A stretch of 64,000 bases of DNA from an uncultured Clostridia bacterium (GTDB taxonomy: Bacteria > Bacillota > Clostridia > Oscillospirales > JAAYOS01): NCBI GenBank assembly GCA_944387575.1, contig CALXFK010000070.1:32620-96619 (forward strand), in the 5' to 3' direction. Under the pieces are notes generated by a model that was not told the origin of the DNA, did no database searches, and saw only the letters and a program-made list of their open reading frames with translations. Shown here in pieces: positions 39,017 to 47,028 of this stretch. Position 1 is the stretch's first letter; every line of letters starts with the position of its first letter. Both the position numbers and the translations under genes were made by a program.

Positions 39017-40257
39017 CAGTCGCTAGTCTCGGACTTGCAGCAAAAGGCGCAGCTCCCGCGCTCGCAGCCTCCCCCGTAGGCGTGCGAAACGGCGCGCTCG
39101 AACGGATGGCAGACGCCATTGAAGGCTCCGCCGCCTCCTCCATACTCTCCGCCAATGCTCGTGACATTGAAAGCGCGGAGCAGAACGGGGTCGCGCCACA
39201 CATGCTCGACCGGCTCCGCCTCACCCAGGAGCGCCTTGCTGGCATCTCCGCCGGTATACGCGAGATAGCAGCTATGCCCGACCCGCTCGGCGAGATAACC
39301 GGAATGACCCGCCGCCCCAACGGGCTGCTTATCGGCAAACAGCGAGTGCCGCTCGGTGTCATCGGAGTCATCTTTGAAAGCCGTCCAAACGTCGCCGCCG
39401 ACATCTCCGCGCTCTGCATCAAGTCGGGCAACGCCGTCCTGCTTCGCGGCGGCAAGGAGGCTATAAACTCCAATATCGCAATGACTTGCGCCATCCGCGG
39501 CGCACTCGCAGCCGCAGGTCTCCCCGAGGACGGCGTCTGCCTCGTCACCGACACCTCCCGCGACAGCGCCACCGAACTCATGCGGCTTCGCGGCACGGTC
39601 GACGTGCTAATCCCGCGCGGCGGCAAAGGTCTGATAAGTTCGGTCGTCGAAAATTCGAGCGTCCCAGTTATCGAGACCGGAGCGGGCAACTGCCACGTCT
39701 ACGTGGATTCCGCCGCCGACCTTGACATGGCGGTCGATATACTGTTCAACGCAAAGTGCCAGCGCCCTTCGGTCTGCAACTCCGCTGAGAGCCTGCTTGT
39801 CGCGCGCAGTATCGCCCACGAGTTCCTCCCGCGCGCCTTTGAGCGACTTTCCGAAAAGAACGTCGAATGGCGCGGCTGCCCGGAGACCTGCGCCATTCTC
39901 CCCTCTGCCATACCAGCATCCGAGGAGGACTACTTCACCGAATACAACGATTATATCCTCTCCTGCAAGGTCGTCTCCGGCGTTGACGAGGCTATCGCCC
40001 ACATAAATGCGCACAGCACCGCTCACTCCGAGGCGATAATCACCCGCGACCACCCCACTGCCATGAAGTTTCTCTCCGCAGTCGACTCCGCCGCGGTCTA
40101 CGTCAACGCCTCAACCCGCTTTACCGACGGCGGCGAATTTGGTCTCGGCGCGGAGATAGGCATCTCCACCCAGAAGCTGCACGCGCGCGGTCCGGTCGGG
40201 CTGGACGCGCTCACCTCTTCAAAATACATCATATTTGGAGACGGTCAGGTTCGCTGA
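39013..40257 (+). CDS. proA: glutamate-5-semialdehyde dehydrogenase
   Basis: GVIGVIFESRPNV, LRGGKEA, CNSAESLLV and HSEAIIT are present. It overlaps the proB stop by 4 nt (ATGA junction). Confidence 0.94.
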   Translation: MTVASLGLAAKGAAPALAASPVGVRNGALERMADAIEGSAASSILSANARDIESAEQNGVAPHMLDRLRLTQERLAGISAGIREIAAMPDPLGEITGMTRRPNGLLIGKQRVPLGVIGVIFESRPNVAADISALCIKSGNAVLLRGGKEAINSNIAMTCAIRGALAAAGLPEDGVCLVTDTSRDSATELMRLRGTVDVLIPRGGKGLISSVVENSSVPVIETGAGNCHVYVDSAADLDMAVDILFNAKCQRPSVCNSAESLLVARSIAHEFLPRAFERLSEKNVEWRGCPETCAILPSAIPASEEDYFTEYNDYILSCKVVSGVDEAIAHINAHSTAHSEAIITRDHPTAMKFLSAVDSAAVYVNASTRFTDGGEFGLGAEIGISTQKLHARGPVGLDALTSSKYIIFGDGQVR

Positions 40258-40363
40258 GTTGTTTGTCCCGTTTGAGACGGTTTTGTGCGGTTATTTGACG
40301 TTGTCAACAATTTTTATTAGTGTTTTTTGCACAAACTGCCGATTACTTTTTCGAACTTTATTG

Positions 40364-40392
40364 TTGACAAATGCGTGAGCGAGTGTTATACT
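40364..40392 (+). promoter_or_regulatory. near-consensus sigma-70 promoter heading an ORF-free region
   Basis: TTGACA (40364-40369), then exactly 17 nt, then TATACT (40387-40392). No start codon with an ORF of any length follows. Confidence 0.7.
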
Positions 40393-40396
40393 CTAA

Positions 40397-41402
40397 GCGT
40401 AACAGGAAAGCAGACGGTGCCGGAAATGGCAGAAGCCACTGTTTCCGAAGATTCGGAGAAAAGACCCGGTTACATCCGATATGCTTCCGTTACAGCAGAT
40501 TTTTGGACCAGGTGAAAAACACTGAAAGGACTGATACCAATGTACGAGGTTTTTTCAGTCTGAACCGGATTTTTTGGGAGAGTCCGGGGAGGACTTAAAA
40601 TCGAACAGATTCCCAGAAAATCAAACGGAGGTATGGTCCAGTGACCTGACTACTTCTCCTGCGGATGTACAGTTTCTGTAAATTGCCACAGATCCGTTAA
40701 ATTCGGAGAGAGATTTGATGCGTGTTATGCATTGAGGCTCTATTTGGGTGGATCGGGCAACTTAAATATCCCCGCAGATACCGTTTAAACGCGTAAGGGT
40801 TTTATTTTGAGATTCGAGCGCGTAACTGCAATAAGGTAGTTTGGACCGGGAAGATCAGTTGGTATATTTATACGGTTGAGTTTCTTTGGAGCGACTTTGC
40901 GACATCCGTTGATCAGAGCGCATGTTCGCACAGAGCACTTTCTCATTATGTTCAAGATTCGTATGCGCTTGTTGTACGGATAGTGGCAGAGGGATAATTC
41001 CCCGGTGAGGTAAGTTCGGACAGGAATTGCAGTTGTACCTTGGTTTCGCTGTAAGATGTTACAGGTCATCACATATAGGGTATTTTAAAGGTTCTGTGAT
41101 GTTTGGATTTATAAGGTCGGAAAAGACAGAGCTGATTTGATTGCCGCAGGTTTCCCGCTTAGGACTATGTCCTGTCGATTGTGAGCAGGTTCGCAAAATG
41201 CCATAGCGGATTTGTTAAAAGCAGAAAAGAAAATCCGTAAAACGCAGGTCGTAAGCCTGTTGTGTATGGAAATTTGATTTGCACGAGACAGAAAACGCCA
41301 AGCAAATGCGAAAAACTTGCAAAATACCGAAAGGGACTTTTCAGGCGGGTATAAAATTAAATAATATGTTTGATTCCCGGGCAGACCAAATGGTCTGCCC
41401 GG
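40397..41402 (+). ncRNA. candidate large (~1 kb) structured non-coding RNA, class unassigned
   Basis: No credible ORF exists on either strand. G+C is far lower than in the flanks. The region runs from the promoter above to an 11-bp G+C-rich hairpin at 41377-41402. There are many local hairpins and four CGTAA(G/C) elements. The ends are inferred, not measured. Confidence 0.4.
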
Positions 41403-41466
41403 TTCAGTTCTGCCCATAACTTCCGCTAAGCGGCTTGTTTCACTTTTTTAACTTTCCCCACCTCTA

Positions 41467-41495
41467 TTGACGCACGGGCAAATTGGGAGTAGTAT
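41467..41495 (+). promoter_or_regulatory. candidate promoter of the downstream membrane-protein gene
   Basis: TTGACG-N17-TAGTAT. The -10 box abuts the ATG at 41496, which argues for the ATG at 41529 as the real start. Confidence 0.5.
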
Positions 41496-41528
41496 ATGTG
41501 CAGAACATTTTGCGGGAGACACAATTGC

Positions 41529-42260
41529 ATGAAAAAATTTTTTGGTTTCTGGATAATCTGGGTGATCGTCGGCATCGCCATGCTCGCCTACCCGCTTATC
41601 ACCTCCAGCTTTAGCTTTCTTTCCCACCCTGTGGCGGATAGCGCGGAGGACATAGCGGCGCTCTACGACACCGACGGTGAGTACCGCCCGTTTGCCGAAT
41701 TTCGATTTGAAACTGTAATATTTTCCGGTCTGTATCTCTGCGCCGGTGAGGACGACACCCCGACCGACTGGGTAATGTGTGGCTACATAGACGGTCGCTT
41801 CCTACCCTTCTACGTAAAAGCTACCTCCGTCGACCCTCCGGACGACCAGACCAACGTCTCGTATATTTTGCGCCGTCCGTCAGACGTGAATACCGTCCAC
41901 GACGAGTGGGTGGTCACATCGCTTGTCGACGACATTGTAAACGAGAGTGATTACAGTTACGACGATGCCACCTCATTCTTCACCTCCGAGGTGCTCCAGG
42001 CTGACCGGAACGGCGCGCTCATCCTCACCGCCTGTGCCGGTTGCGGTATTGTTTTCATTGCCGCCGGCATACTTTTCCTCGCGGCACGTATCCGCCGCTC
42101 AAAAAGTTCTCCCGAGGCTGCCGTCTCCACACCGATGGGCGGCGCGGAAGCCGTAGAATTCGGCGACAGCGATACATCGACCACCAGTGCCGACGTCACA
42201 CCCACCGATACCGAAAGCGAAAACGAAGGCGATGACGACTTTGGGCTTCCTCCCCTATAA
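41529..42260 (+). CDS. hypothetical membrane protein (N-terminal TM, second TM near residue 170, acidic tail)
   Basis: The N-terminus is MKKFFGFWIIWVIVGIAMLAYPLI, and the tail is TDTESENEGDDDFGLPPL. I did not recognise a family. Confidence 0.65.
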   Translation: MKKFFGFWIIWVIVGIAMLAYPLITSSFSFLSHPVADSAEDIAALYDTDGEYRPFAEFRFETVIFSGLYLCAGEDDTPTDWVMCGYIDGRFLPFYVKATSVDPPDDQTNVSYILRRPSDVNTVHDEWVVTSLVDDIVNESDYSYDDATSFFTSEVLQADRNGALILTACAGCGIVFIAAGILFLAARIRRSKSSPEAAVSTPMGGAEAVEFGDSDTSTTSADVTPTDTESENEGDDDFGLPPL

Positions 42261-42289
42261 ACACTAAAAATGATGATACGATGATATGA

Positions 42290-42323
42290 GCGGGAAAGAT
42301 ATGTATCTTTCCCGCGCTTTTTT
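42290..42323 (+). terminator. intrinsic terminator
   Basis: GCGGGAAAGATA-tg-TATCTTTCCCGC-gc-TTTTTT. Confidence 0.8.
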
Positions 42324-42751
42324 CACTCTATCGTAGAAATATATATGCCCATCATGCCCGGTATATAGCTTATGCTTATTCCCCGCTTCCCATCGGATAG
42401 GAGCGTTCCGATCGCTACGTAGTCCTGACCCTCTATCTTCTCGTCTATCTCCTCCACGGTCGCGTACCCGGCTTCCTCCAGCGCCGCCATGTATTCGGTG
42501 TACTCGTCGTCGTTCATGTCTGAAACAAATATGCTACAATACCCTCTGTCGGTGTCCACCGTCGCCGAACTCACAGTTCCGGGCGCAGCGGGAACTCCCT
42601 CGGTGTACTCGTTTTCGGGCCACTCCTTCCCGAGCTCGATCACACCGCCCGAATGTATGTCGCCGGCATTTTTCACGGCAGTCCTGTCCGAGCAAGCACT
42701 AACTCCAACCACGAGCAACAATATCAGAACCATAAATATGTATTTCTTCAT
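42323..42751 (-). CDS. lipoprotein of unknown function
   Basis: The ATG at 42751 follows GGAGGAG. The signal peptide and lipobox read MKKYIFMVLILLLVVGVSAC. An ATGA junction overlaps the upstream gene. Confidence 0.75.
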   Translation of the reverse strand: MKKYIFMVLILLLVVGVSACSDRTAVKNAGDIHSGGVIELGKEWPENEYTEGVPAAPGTVSSATVDTDRGYCSIFVSDMNDDEYTEYMAALEEAGYATVEEIDEKIEGQDYVAIGTLLSDGKRGISISYIPGMMGIYISTIE

Positions 42752-43203
42752 CGTCTCCTCCACTTTGCGCAGAATCCGCGAACTGTCTGGATCGCTCCCG
42801 CGACCACAGCCACAATCCCCAGCAGCAGGATAGCGAGCGGTACCTGCCCGTTTCCCTCTACCGCTATATTTGTCATTGCATCCGCCTGCCCGATCACGCC
42901 ATCCGGTACTCCCGCACCTCTCACCATTCCGTAGACCACAAAACAGATCGCAGCAGCGGCAAGAATGCATATGCCGCTCCACCGGGCAGCCACTCCCACA
43001 GATCTGCCCGAGCCGCCAAGCTGCTCTGCCGCGCTTTTCGCAAATTCTTCAGGCGATCCGAGGCGTTCAATGACCTGCGCTTCGGTCTCGCCGTTCTCGA
43101 GAGCAGAGGCAAATATCTCGTTTAAATCGCCTATTACCACCCGCTTAGCCGCTTTCGAAACTCGCAACGCTTTTCTCACCAGCTCTATGTAATTTTCTCT
43201 CAT
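42748..43203 (-). CDS. DUF1700-type membrane protein (PadR-associated)
   Basis: MRENYIELVRKAL....DLNEIF..ALE.GETEAQVIERLGSPEEFAK is present, plus C-terminal TM segments. An ATGA junction overlaps the padR stop. Confidence 0.75.
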   Translation of the reverse strand: MRENYIELVRKALRVSKAAKRVVIGDLNEIFASALENGETEAQVIERLGSPEEFAKSAAEQLGGSGRSVGVAARWSGICILAAAAICFVVYGMVRGAGVPDGVIGQADAMTNIAVEGNGQVPLAILLLGIVAVVAGAIQTVRGFCAKWRRR

Positions 43204-43562
43204 AACTTCTCCTCCATCCGCTGGTAATCCTCTACAAAACCATCCACGCATACGGTGTATTCCCGCCAAAATAAGATCAACTCACGCAGCGTCTCCTCCC
43301 CTTTTTCGGTGAGCGAGTAATATTTCTTTGACCCTCCGTTTGCGGCGGCGGGAGCTATCCGGCACTGCACCAGCCCCGCCTCCTGAAGTCGGTAAAGTAT
43401 CGGATATACCGTGCCCTCCTTCGCGTAACCCAGTACCGCTGCCCCGCTACCGTTCAGCTCGGTTATTATTTCGTATCCATACGTCTCCTTTTTCCCAATG
43501 AGACAGAGCAGTATCATCTCAAGCGAGCCTTTTTTGAACTGCTGCACATATCGGTTCTCCAC
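43200..43562 (-). CDS. PadR family transcriptional regulator
   Basis: SLEMILLCLIGKKETYGYEIITELN......GTVYPILYRLQEAGLV is present. It is 120 aa. Confidence 0.9.
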   Translation of the reverse strand: MENRYVQQFKKGSLEMILLCLIGKKETYGYEIITELNGSGAAVLGYAKEGTVYPILYRLQEAGLVQCRIAPAAANGGSKKYYSLTEKGEETLRELILFWREYTVCVDGFVEDYQRMEEKL

Positions 43563-43587
43563 ATCCTCACTCCAATCGACGCTCTAC

Positions 43588-43600
43588 TTAGTATTACTAA
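43588..43600. promoter_or_regulatory. perfect palindrome, candidate PadR operator
   Basis: TTAGTA-T-TACTAA lies between the predicted padR promoter and the padR start. Confidence 0.5.
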
Positions 43601-43611
43601 TTAGCAACGCC

Positions 43612-43640
43612 ACTGTAGCATGATTTTTCCACTTTGTCAA
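43612..43640 (-). promoter_or_regulatory. candidate sigma-70 promoter of the padR operon
   Basis: The minus strand reads TTGACA-N17-TACAGT. Confidence 0.65.
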
Positions 43641-43810
43641 CACCCTGCTAGGTGTACGTCACGCAGGGGCTGCGTGGATGTGAACTGTTTTTCTTGTAAT
43701 TTTTCCCGATATGCTGTATATTTATTTTGTGTGGGCTAACCGCGTGTGAGCGGACACACTATTTATGATTTATTTAAACCGTTTTGCGGGGAAGCGAAGG
43801 AGGTTTTCGG

Positions 43811-44656
43811 ATGCGCTTTACAAAGATGGAAGGCTGCGGCAACGATTACATTTACATCGATTGTTTTGTGCAGGGCACACCCGAGGACCCTGGGGTGCTT
43901 GCGCGCAGATTGAGCAACCGACATTTCGGCATAGGGTCGGACGGGCTTATCCTGATATGCCGCTCCGAGCTTGCGGACTGCCGGATGGAGATGTACAACG
44001 CAGACGGAAGCCGTGCCGAAATGTGTGGTAACGGCGTGCGCTGTGTCGGAAAATACATCTACGACCACCGGATATCACAACGGGAGACGATCACCGTAGA
44101 GACCGGCGCGGGAATCAAGACGCTTGAGCTGTCGATAGACGGCGGTGTGTGTACCGGAGCCACGGTCGACATGGGTGCTCCGGTCCTCACGCCTGAGCTG
44201 ATTCCCACGACCCTCACGTCCGACACTCCCGGCGACCCGGTCCTCCGCACGCCGCTCGAGCTGCCCGACGGGCAGACGGTTGAGGTGAGCTGTGTGTCGA
44301 TGGGAAATCCTCACGCGGTGATATTTGTCGAGGACGCGGACACTTACGACGTCACAGGAATAGGGCGTATGGTAGAGACCCACCCTGCATTCCCCGCCCG
44401 CATAAACGTGCACTTCCTCTCCCCCGCGCCCGGCGGGTTCCGTATCCGCTCGTGGGAACGGGGCGCGGGTGAGACGCTCGCCTGCGGTACCGGCGCATGT
44501 GCGAGTCTTGTGGCGGCAACGCTCTGCGGGATGTGCAATGGATCCGCCGACCTGCGAACTTCAGGTGGCGTTCTGCACATAGAGTGGCGACGCGGCGATA
44601 GCGTATTCATGACCGGTCCCGCCACCGAGGTCTACTCCGGAGATATTTCCGTTTAA
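43811..44656 (+). CDS. dapF: diaminopimelate epimerase
   Basis: MRFTKMEGCGNDYIYID, the two active-site Cys contexts (MCGNGVRC, ACGTGACA) and SMGNPHAV are present. The ATG at 43811 follows GGAGG. Confidence 0.93.
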   Translation: MRFTKMEGCGNDYIYIDCFVQGTPEDPGVLARRLSNRHFGIGSDGLILICRSELADCRMEMYNADGSRAEMCGNGVRCVGKYIYDHRISQRETITVETGAGIKTLELSIDGGVCTGATVDMGAPVLTPELIPTTLTSDTPGDPVLRTPLELPDGQTVEVSCVSMGNPHAVIFVEDADTYDVTGIGRMVETHPAFPARINVHFLSPAPGGFRIRSWERGAGETLACGTGACASLVAATLCGMCNGSADLRTSGGVLHIEWRRGDSVFMTGPATEVYSGDISV

Positions 44657-44720
44657 AATGCGGCGTCAAAGCCGCCTCAATATAATAACATAGGAAGTAT
44701 ACAAAACGTGGAGGTAAATA

Positions 44721-45929
44721 ATGGTTAAACTCAACCCCAACTTTGCGAAGCTGCAGGCAAACTACCTTTTCAGCACGGTCCGTGAGCGCACGAATGCGTA
44801 CGCCGCCGCACACCCCGACGCAAAAATAATCCGTCTCGGCATAGGCGATGTGACAAAGCCGCTCGCGCCGGCGGTCATCGAGGCAATGCACGCAGCAGTG
44901 GAAGAGATGGGTCACGCGGAGACGTTCAAGGGATACGGCGAGGACTTCGGTTACAGCTTTCTGCGCAGCGCCATCGCCGACAACGACTATGCTCCTCTCG
45001 GTATAAAGCTGGATATCGGCGAGATATTCATAAGCGACGGCGCAAAGAGCGACACCGGCAACATCGGCGAGCTGTTCTCGGAGGACTGCACGGTCGCGGT
45101 CTGCGACCCGGTCTACCCGGTCTACGTAGATTCGAACGTGATGGCGGGGCGCGCCGGCGACTATGACGGTGAGCGCTGGAGCCGGCTTGTGTACATGCCC
45201 TGCGTTGAGTCCAACGGATTTGTGCCCGACCTGCCCGAAAAACCGGTCGACATGATATATCTCTGCTTCCCGAACAACCCCACCGGTGCGCACGCTACCT
45301 ATGATGATCTGAAACGTTGGGTCGATTATGCACTTAAAACCGGCGCGGTGATACTGTACGACGCGGCGTACTCCTGCTTCATCAGTGAGGGTCTGCCCCG
45401 CTCGATATACGAGATAGAGGGCGCGCGTGGCTGCGCGATAGAGTTCAAGAGTTTCTCCAAGACCGCCGGATTTACCGGCGTCCGCTGCGCGTATACCGTC
45501 ATTCCGCAGGAGCTGAAGGTCGGTGGTGTGAGTGTGAACGCGATGTGGCGCCGCCGCCAGAACACCAAGTTCAACGAGGCGTCCTATATCTCGCAGCGCG
45601 GCGCCGCCGCCATCTACACCGAGGCGGGCGCGGCTCAGGTTGCCGAAGTCATCGGGTACTACAAGCGCAATGCACTGATGCTGCGCGACGGACTGCGCAG
45701 TGCCGGCTTTACCGTGTACGGCGGCGAGAACTCGCCCTACATCTGGATGCGCACGCCGGACGGCATGTCGAGCTGGGACTTCTTCGACACACTTCTTGAC
45801 CGCGTGCAGGTCGTGGGCACTCCGGGCAGCGGATTCGGACCGAGCGGTGAGGGCTTCTTCCGACTCACCGCATTCGGCACCCTTGAAATGAGCGAACAGG
45901 CGCTTGAGCGGATCCGTTCCGCGTTCTGA
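44721..45929 (+). CDS. dapL: LL-diaminopimelate aminotransferase
   Basis: NPNFAKLQANYLF, IRLGIGDVTKPL and SFSKTAGFTG.R are present. It is 402 aa. Confidence 0.92.
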   Translation: MVKLNPNFAKLQANYLFSTVRERTNAYAAAHPDAKIIRLGIGDVTKPLAPAVIEAMHAAVEEMGHAETFKGYGEDFGYSFLRSAIADNDYAPLGIKLDIGEIFISDGAKSDTGNIGELFSEDCTVAVCDPVYPVYVDSNVMAGRAGDYDGERWSRLVYMPCVESNGFVPDLPEKPVDMIYLCFPNNPTGAHATYDDLKRWVDYALKTGAVILYDAAYSCFISEGLPRSIYEIEGARGCAIEFKSFSKTAGFTGVRCAYTVIPQELKVGGVSVNAMWRRRQNTKFNEASYISQRGAAAIYTEAGAAQVAEVIGYYKRNALMLRDGLRSAGFTVYGGENSPYIWMRTPDGMSSWDFFDTLLDRVQVVGTPGSGFGPSGEGFFRLTAFGTLEMSEQALERIRSAF

Positions 45930-45954
45930 GCGGCGCAAAGAAAGGAGAAAACAT

Positions 45955-47028
45955 ATGCAGATTGCAGACCTCGGAAAATATACCGACAACATAGTTGCGG
46001 CGCTGAAGCGGATAGTCAGCGTCCCCTCCCCGACCGGATATACCGCACGCGCGGCGCGCGAGATATGCGCGATGCTCTCGGAGTGCGGCTACAAAGCCGA
46101 GATAACCAACCGTGGAAACGTCCTCTGCCGTCTTGGCGGCGAGGGCGAGCCCCTGATACTTGCCGCGCACTTCGACACGCTCGGCGGCATTGTGCGCGCG
46201 CTCAAGCCGAAGGGCAGGGTGCGCATGACGAGCGTGGGCGGTCTCGCGCTCGGCAGCTACGAAGCGGAGAACTGTACCCTCTTCACCCGCGGCGGAACCA
46301 CGATAGGCGGCACTCTCCAGATGATAGAGGCTTCGAGCCACGTTGCGGGTGCAGCACTCTCCGAAAAAAAGCGCACCACCGACGAGATGGAGGTCGTGCT
46401 CGACTGCGGCGCGACCACTCCCGAGGAGCTGTCCTCGCTCGGCGTTGCTGCCGGCGACTTCATCGCGTTCGACCCGCGCTTTACCGAGGCGGACGGCGGA
46501 TACATCAAGAGCCGCTTCCTCGATGACAAGGCGAGCTGCGCAGTGCTTATTGCCTACGCCCAGGCACTCAGCGCCGGAGACGTCCCTGCGCCGAGCCGCG
46601 CGATCTGGCTGCTGTTTACAAGCCATGAGGAGGTCGGAACCGGTGCAGCAAGCGGACTTCCGGACGCGACCGAGTTCCTGTCGGTCGACATGGGCTGCGT
46701 CGGCGCCGACCTCGGATGTACCGAGCGGATGGTGTCTGTCTGTGTTGCGGACGGCGGCGGACCGTACGACTACGGAATGGTCACACGCATGAAGCAGATT
46801 TGTGAAGAGAACAAACTGCCCTATGCCCTTGACGTCTATCCGCACTACGGCTCGGACGCAGGCGCGGCGGTGCGCGCGGGCTACCACATGCGCAACGGCT
46901 GCATAGGTCCCGGTGTCTATGCATCGCACGGCTACGAGCGCACGCACCGCGAGGGACTTCTGGCTACCCTCCGACTCGTCGCAGGGTACGCCGCACTCGC
47001 CCCGCGCGGAATATACGATGGCGAGTAA
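45955..47028 (+). CDS. M42 family metallopeptidase
   Basis: LKRIVSVPSPTGY, AAHFDTLG, SRFLDDKAS and SHEEVG are present. The ATG at 45955 follows AAAGGAGAA. Confidence 0.85.
   Translation: MQIADLGKYTDNIVAALKRIVSVPSPTGYTARAAREICAMLSECGYKAEITNRGNVLCRLGGEGEPLILAAHFDTLGGIVRALKPKGRVRMTSVGGLALGSYEAENCTLFTRGGTTIGGTLQMIEASSHVAGAALSEKKRTTDEMEVVLDCGATTPEELSSLGVAAGDFIAFDPRFTEADGGYIKSRFLDDKASCAVLIAYAQALSAGDVPAPSRAIWLLFTSHEEVGTGAASGLPDATEFLSVDMGCVGADLGCTERMVSVCVADGGGPYDYGMVTRMKQICEENKLPYALDVYPHYGSDAGAAVRAGYHMRNGCIGPGVYASHGYERTHREGLLATLRLVAGYAALAPRGIYDGE

Noticed and set aside
40397-40480. The 5' end of the candidate RNA contains GGAAAGCAGACGGTGCCGGAAATGGCAGAAGCCACTGT, which recalls the cobalamin-riboswitch core (GGGAA..GGUG..AAUCC....GCCACUG).
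   Set aside because: Only the GGTG and GCCACTG strings match. The AAUCC stem partner and a proper B12 box (AGCCAGGAGACCUGCC type) are missing; only AAGACCCGG is present. No B12-related gene follows, and in fact no gene follows for about 1 kb. This still deserves a cmscan.
40575-40596. GGGAGAGTCCGGGGAGGAC resembles the RNase P CR-I element GAGGAAAGUCCGGGC.
   Set aside because: I found none of the other universally conserved RNase P blocks, such as the ACAGAA..GGCUUA region. The surrounding sequence does not follow type A or type B architecture.
40741-40760. TTTGGGTGGATCGGGC resembles the T-box sequence GGGUGGUACCGCG.
   Set aside because: The match is poor in the conserved UACCGCG part. There is no specifier or stem-I architecture upstream, and no terminator/antiterminator pair or aminoacyl-tRNA-related gene downstream.
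41377-41402. The hairpin at 41377-41402 as a canonical intrinsic terminator.
   Set aside because: The stem is excellent, but no U-tract follows on either strand. I keep it only as a candidate 3' structure or processing site of the putative RNA.
40327-41417. Track ORFs 40327-40515 (+), 40371-40598 (+), 40785-41072 (-) and 41109-41417 (-) lie inside the AT-shifted gap. A 29-codon ORF also starts at the ATG at 40426.
   Set aside because: None has a properly spaced Shine-Dalgarno sequence. Their composition and codon usage are unlike the flanking genes, the products look random, and two start upstream of the only good promoter.
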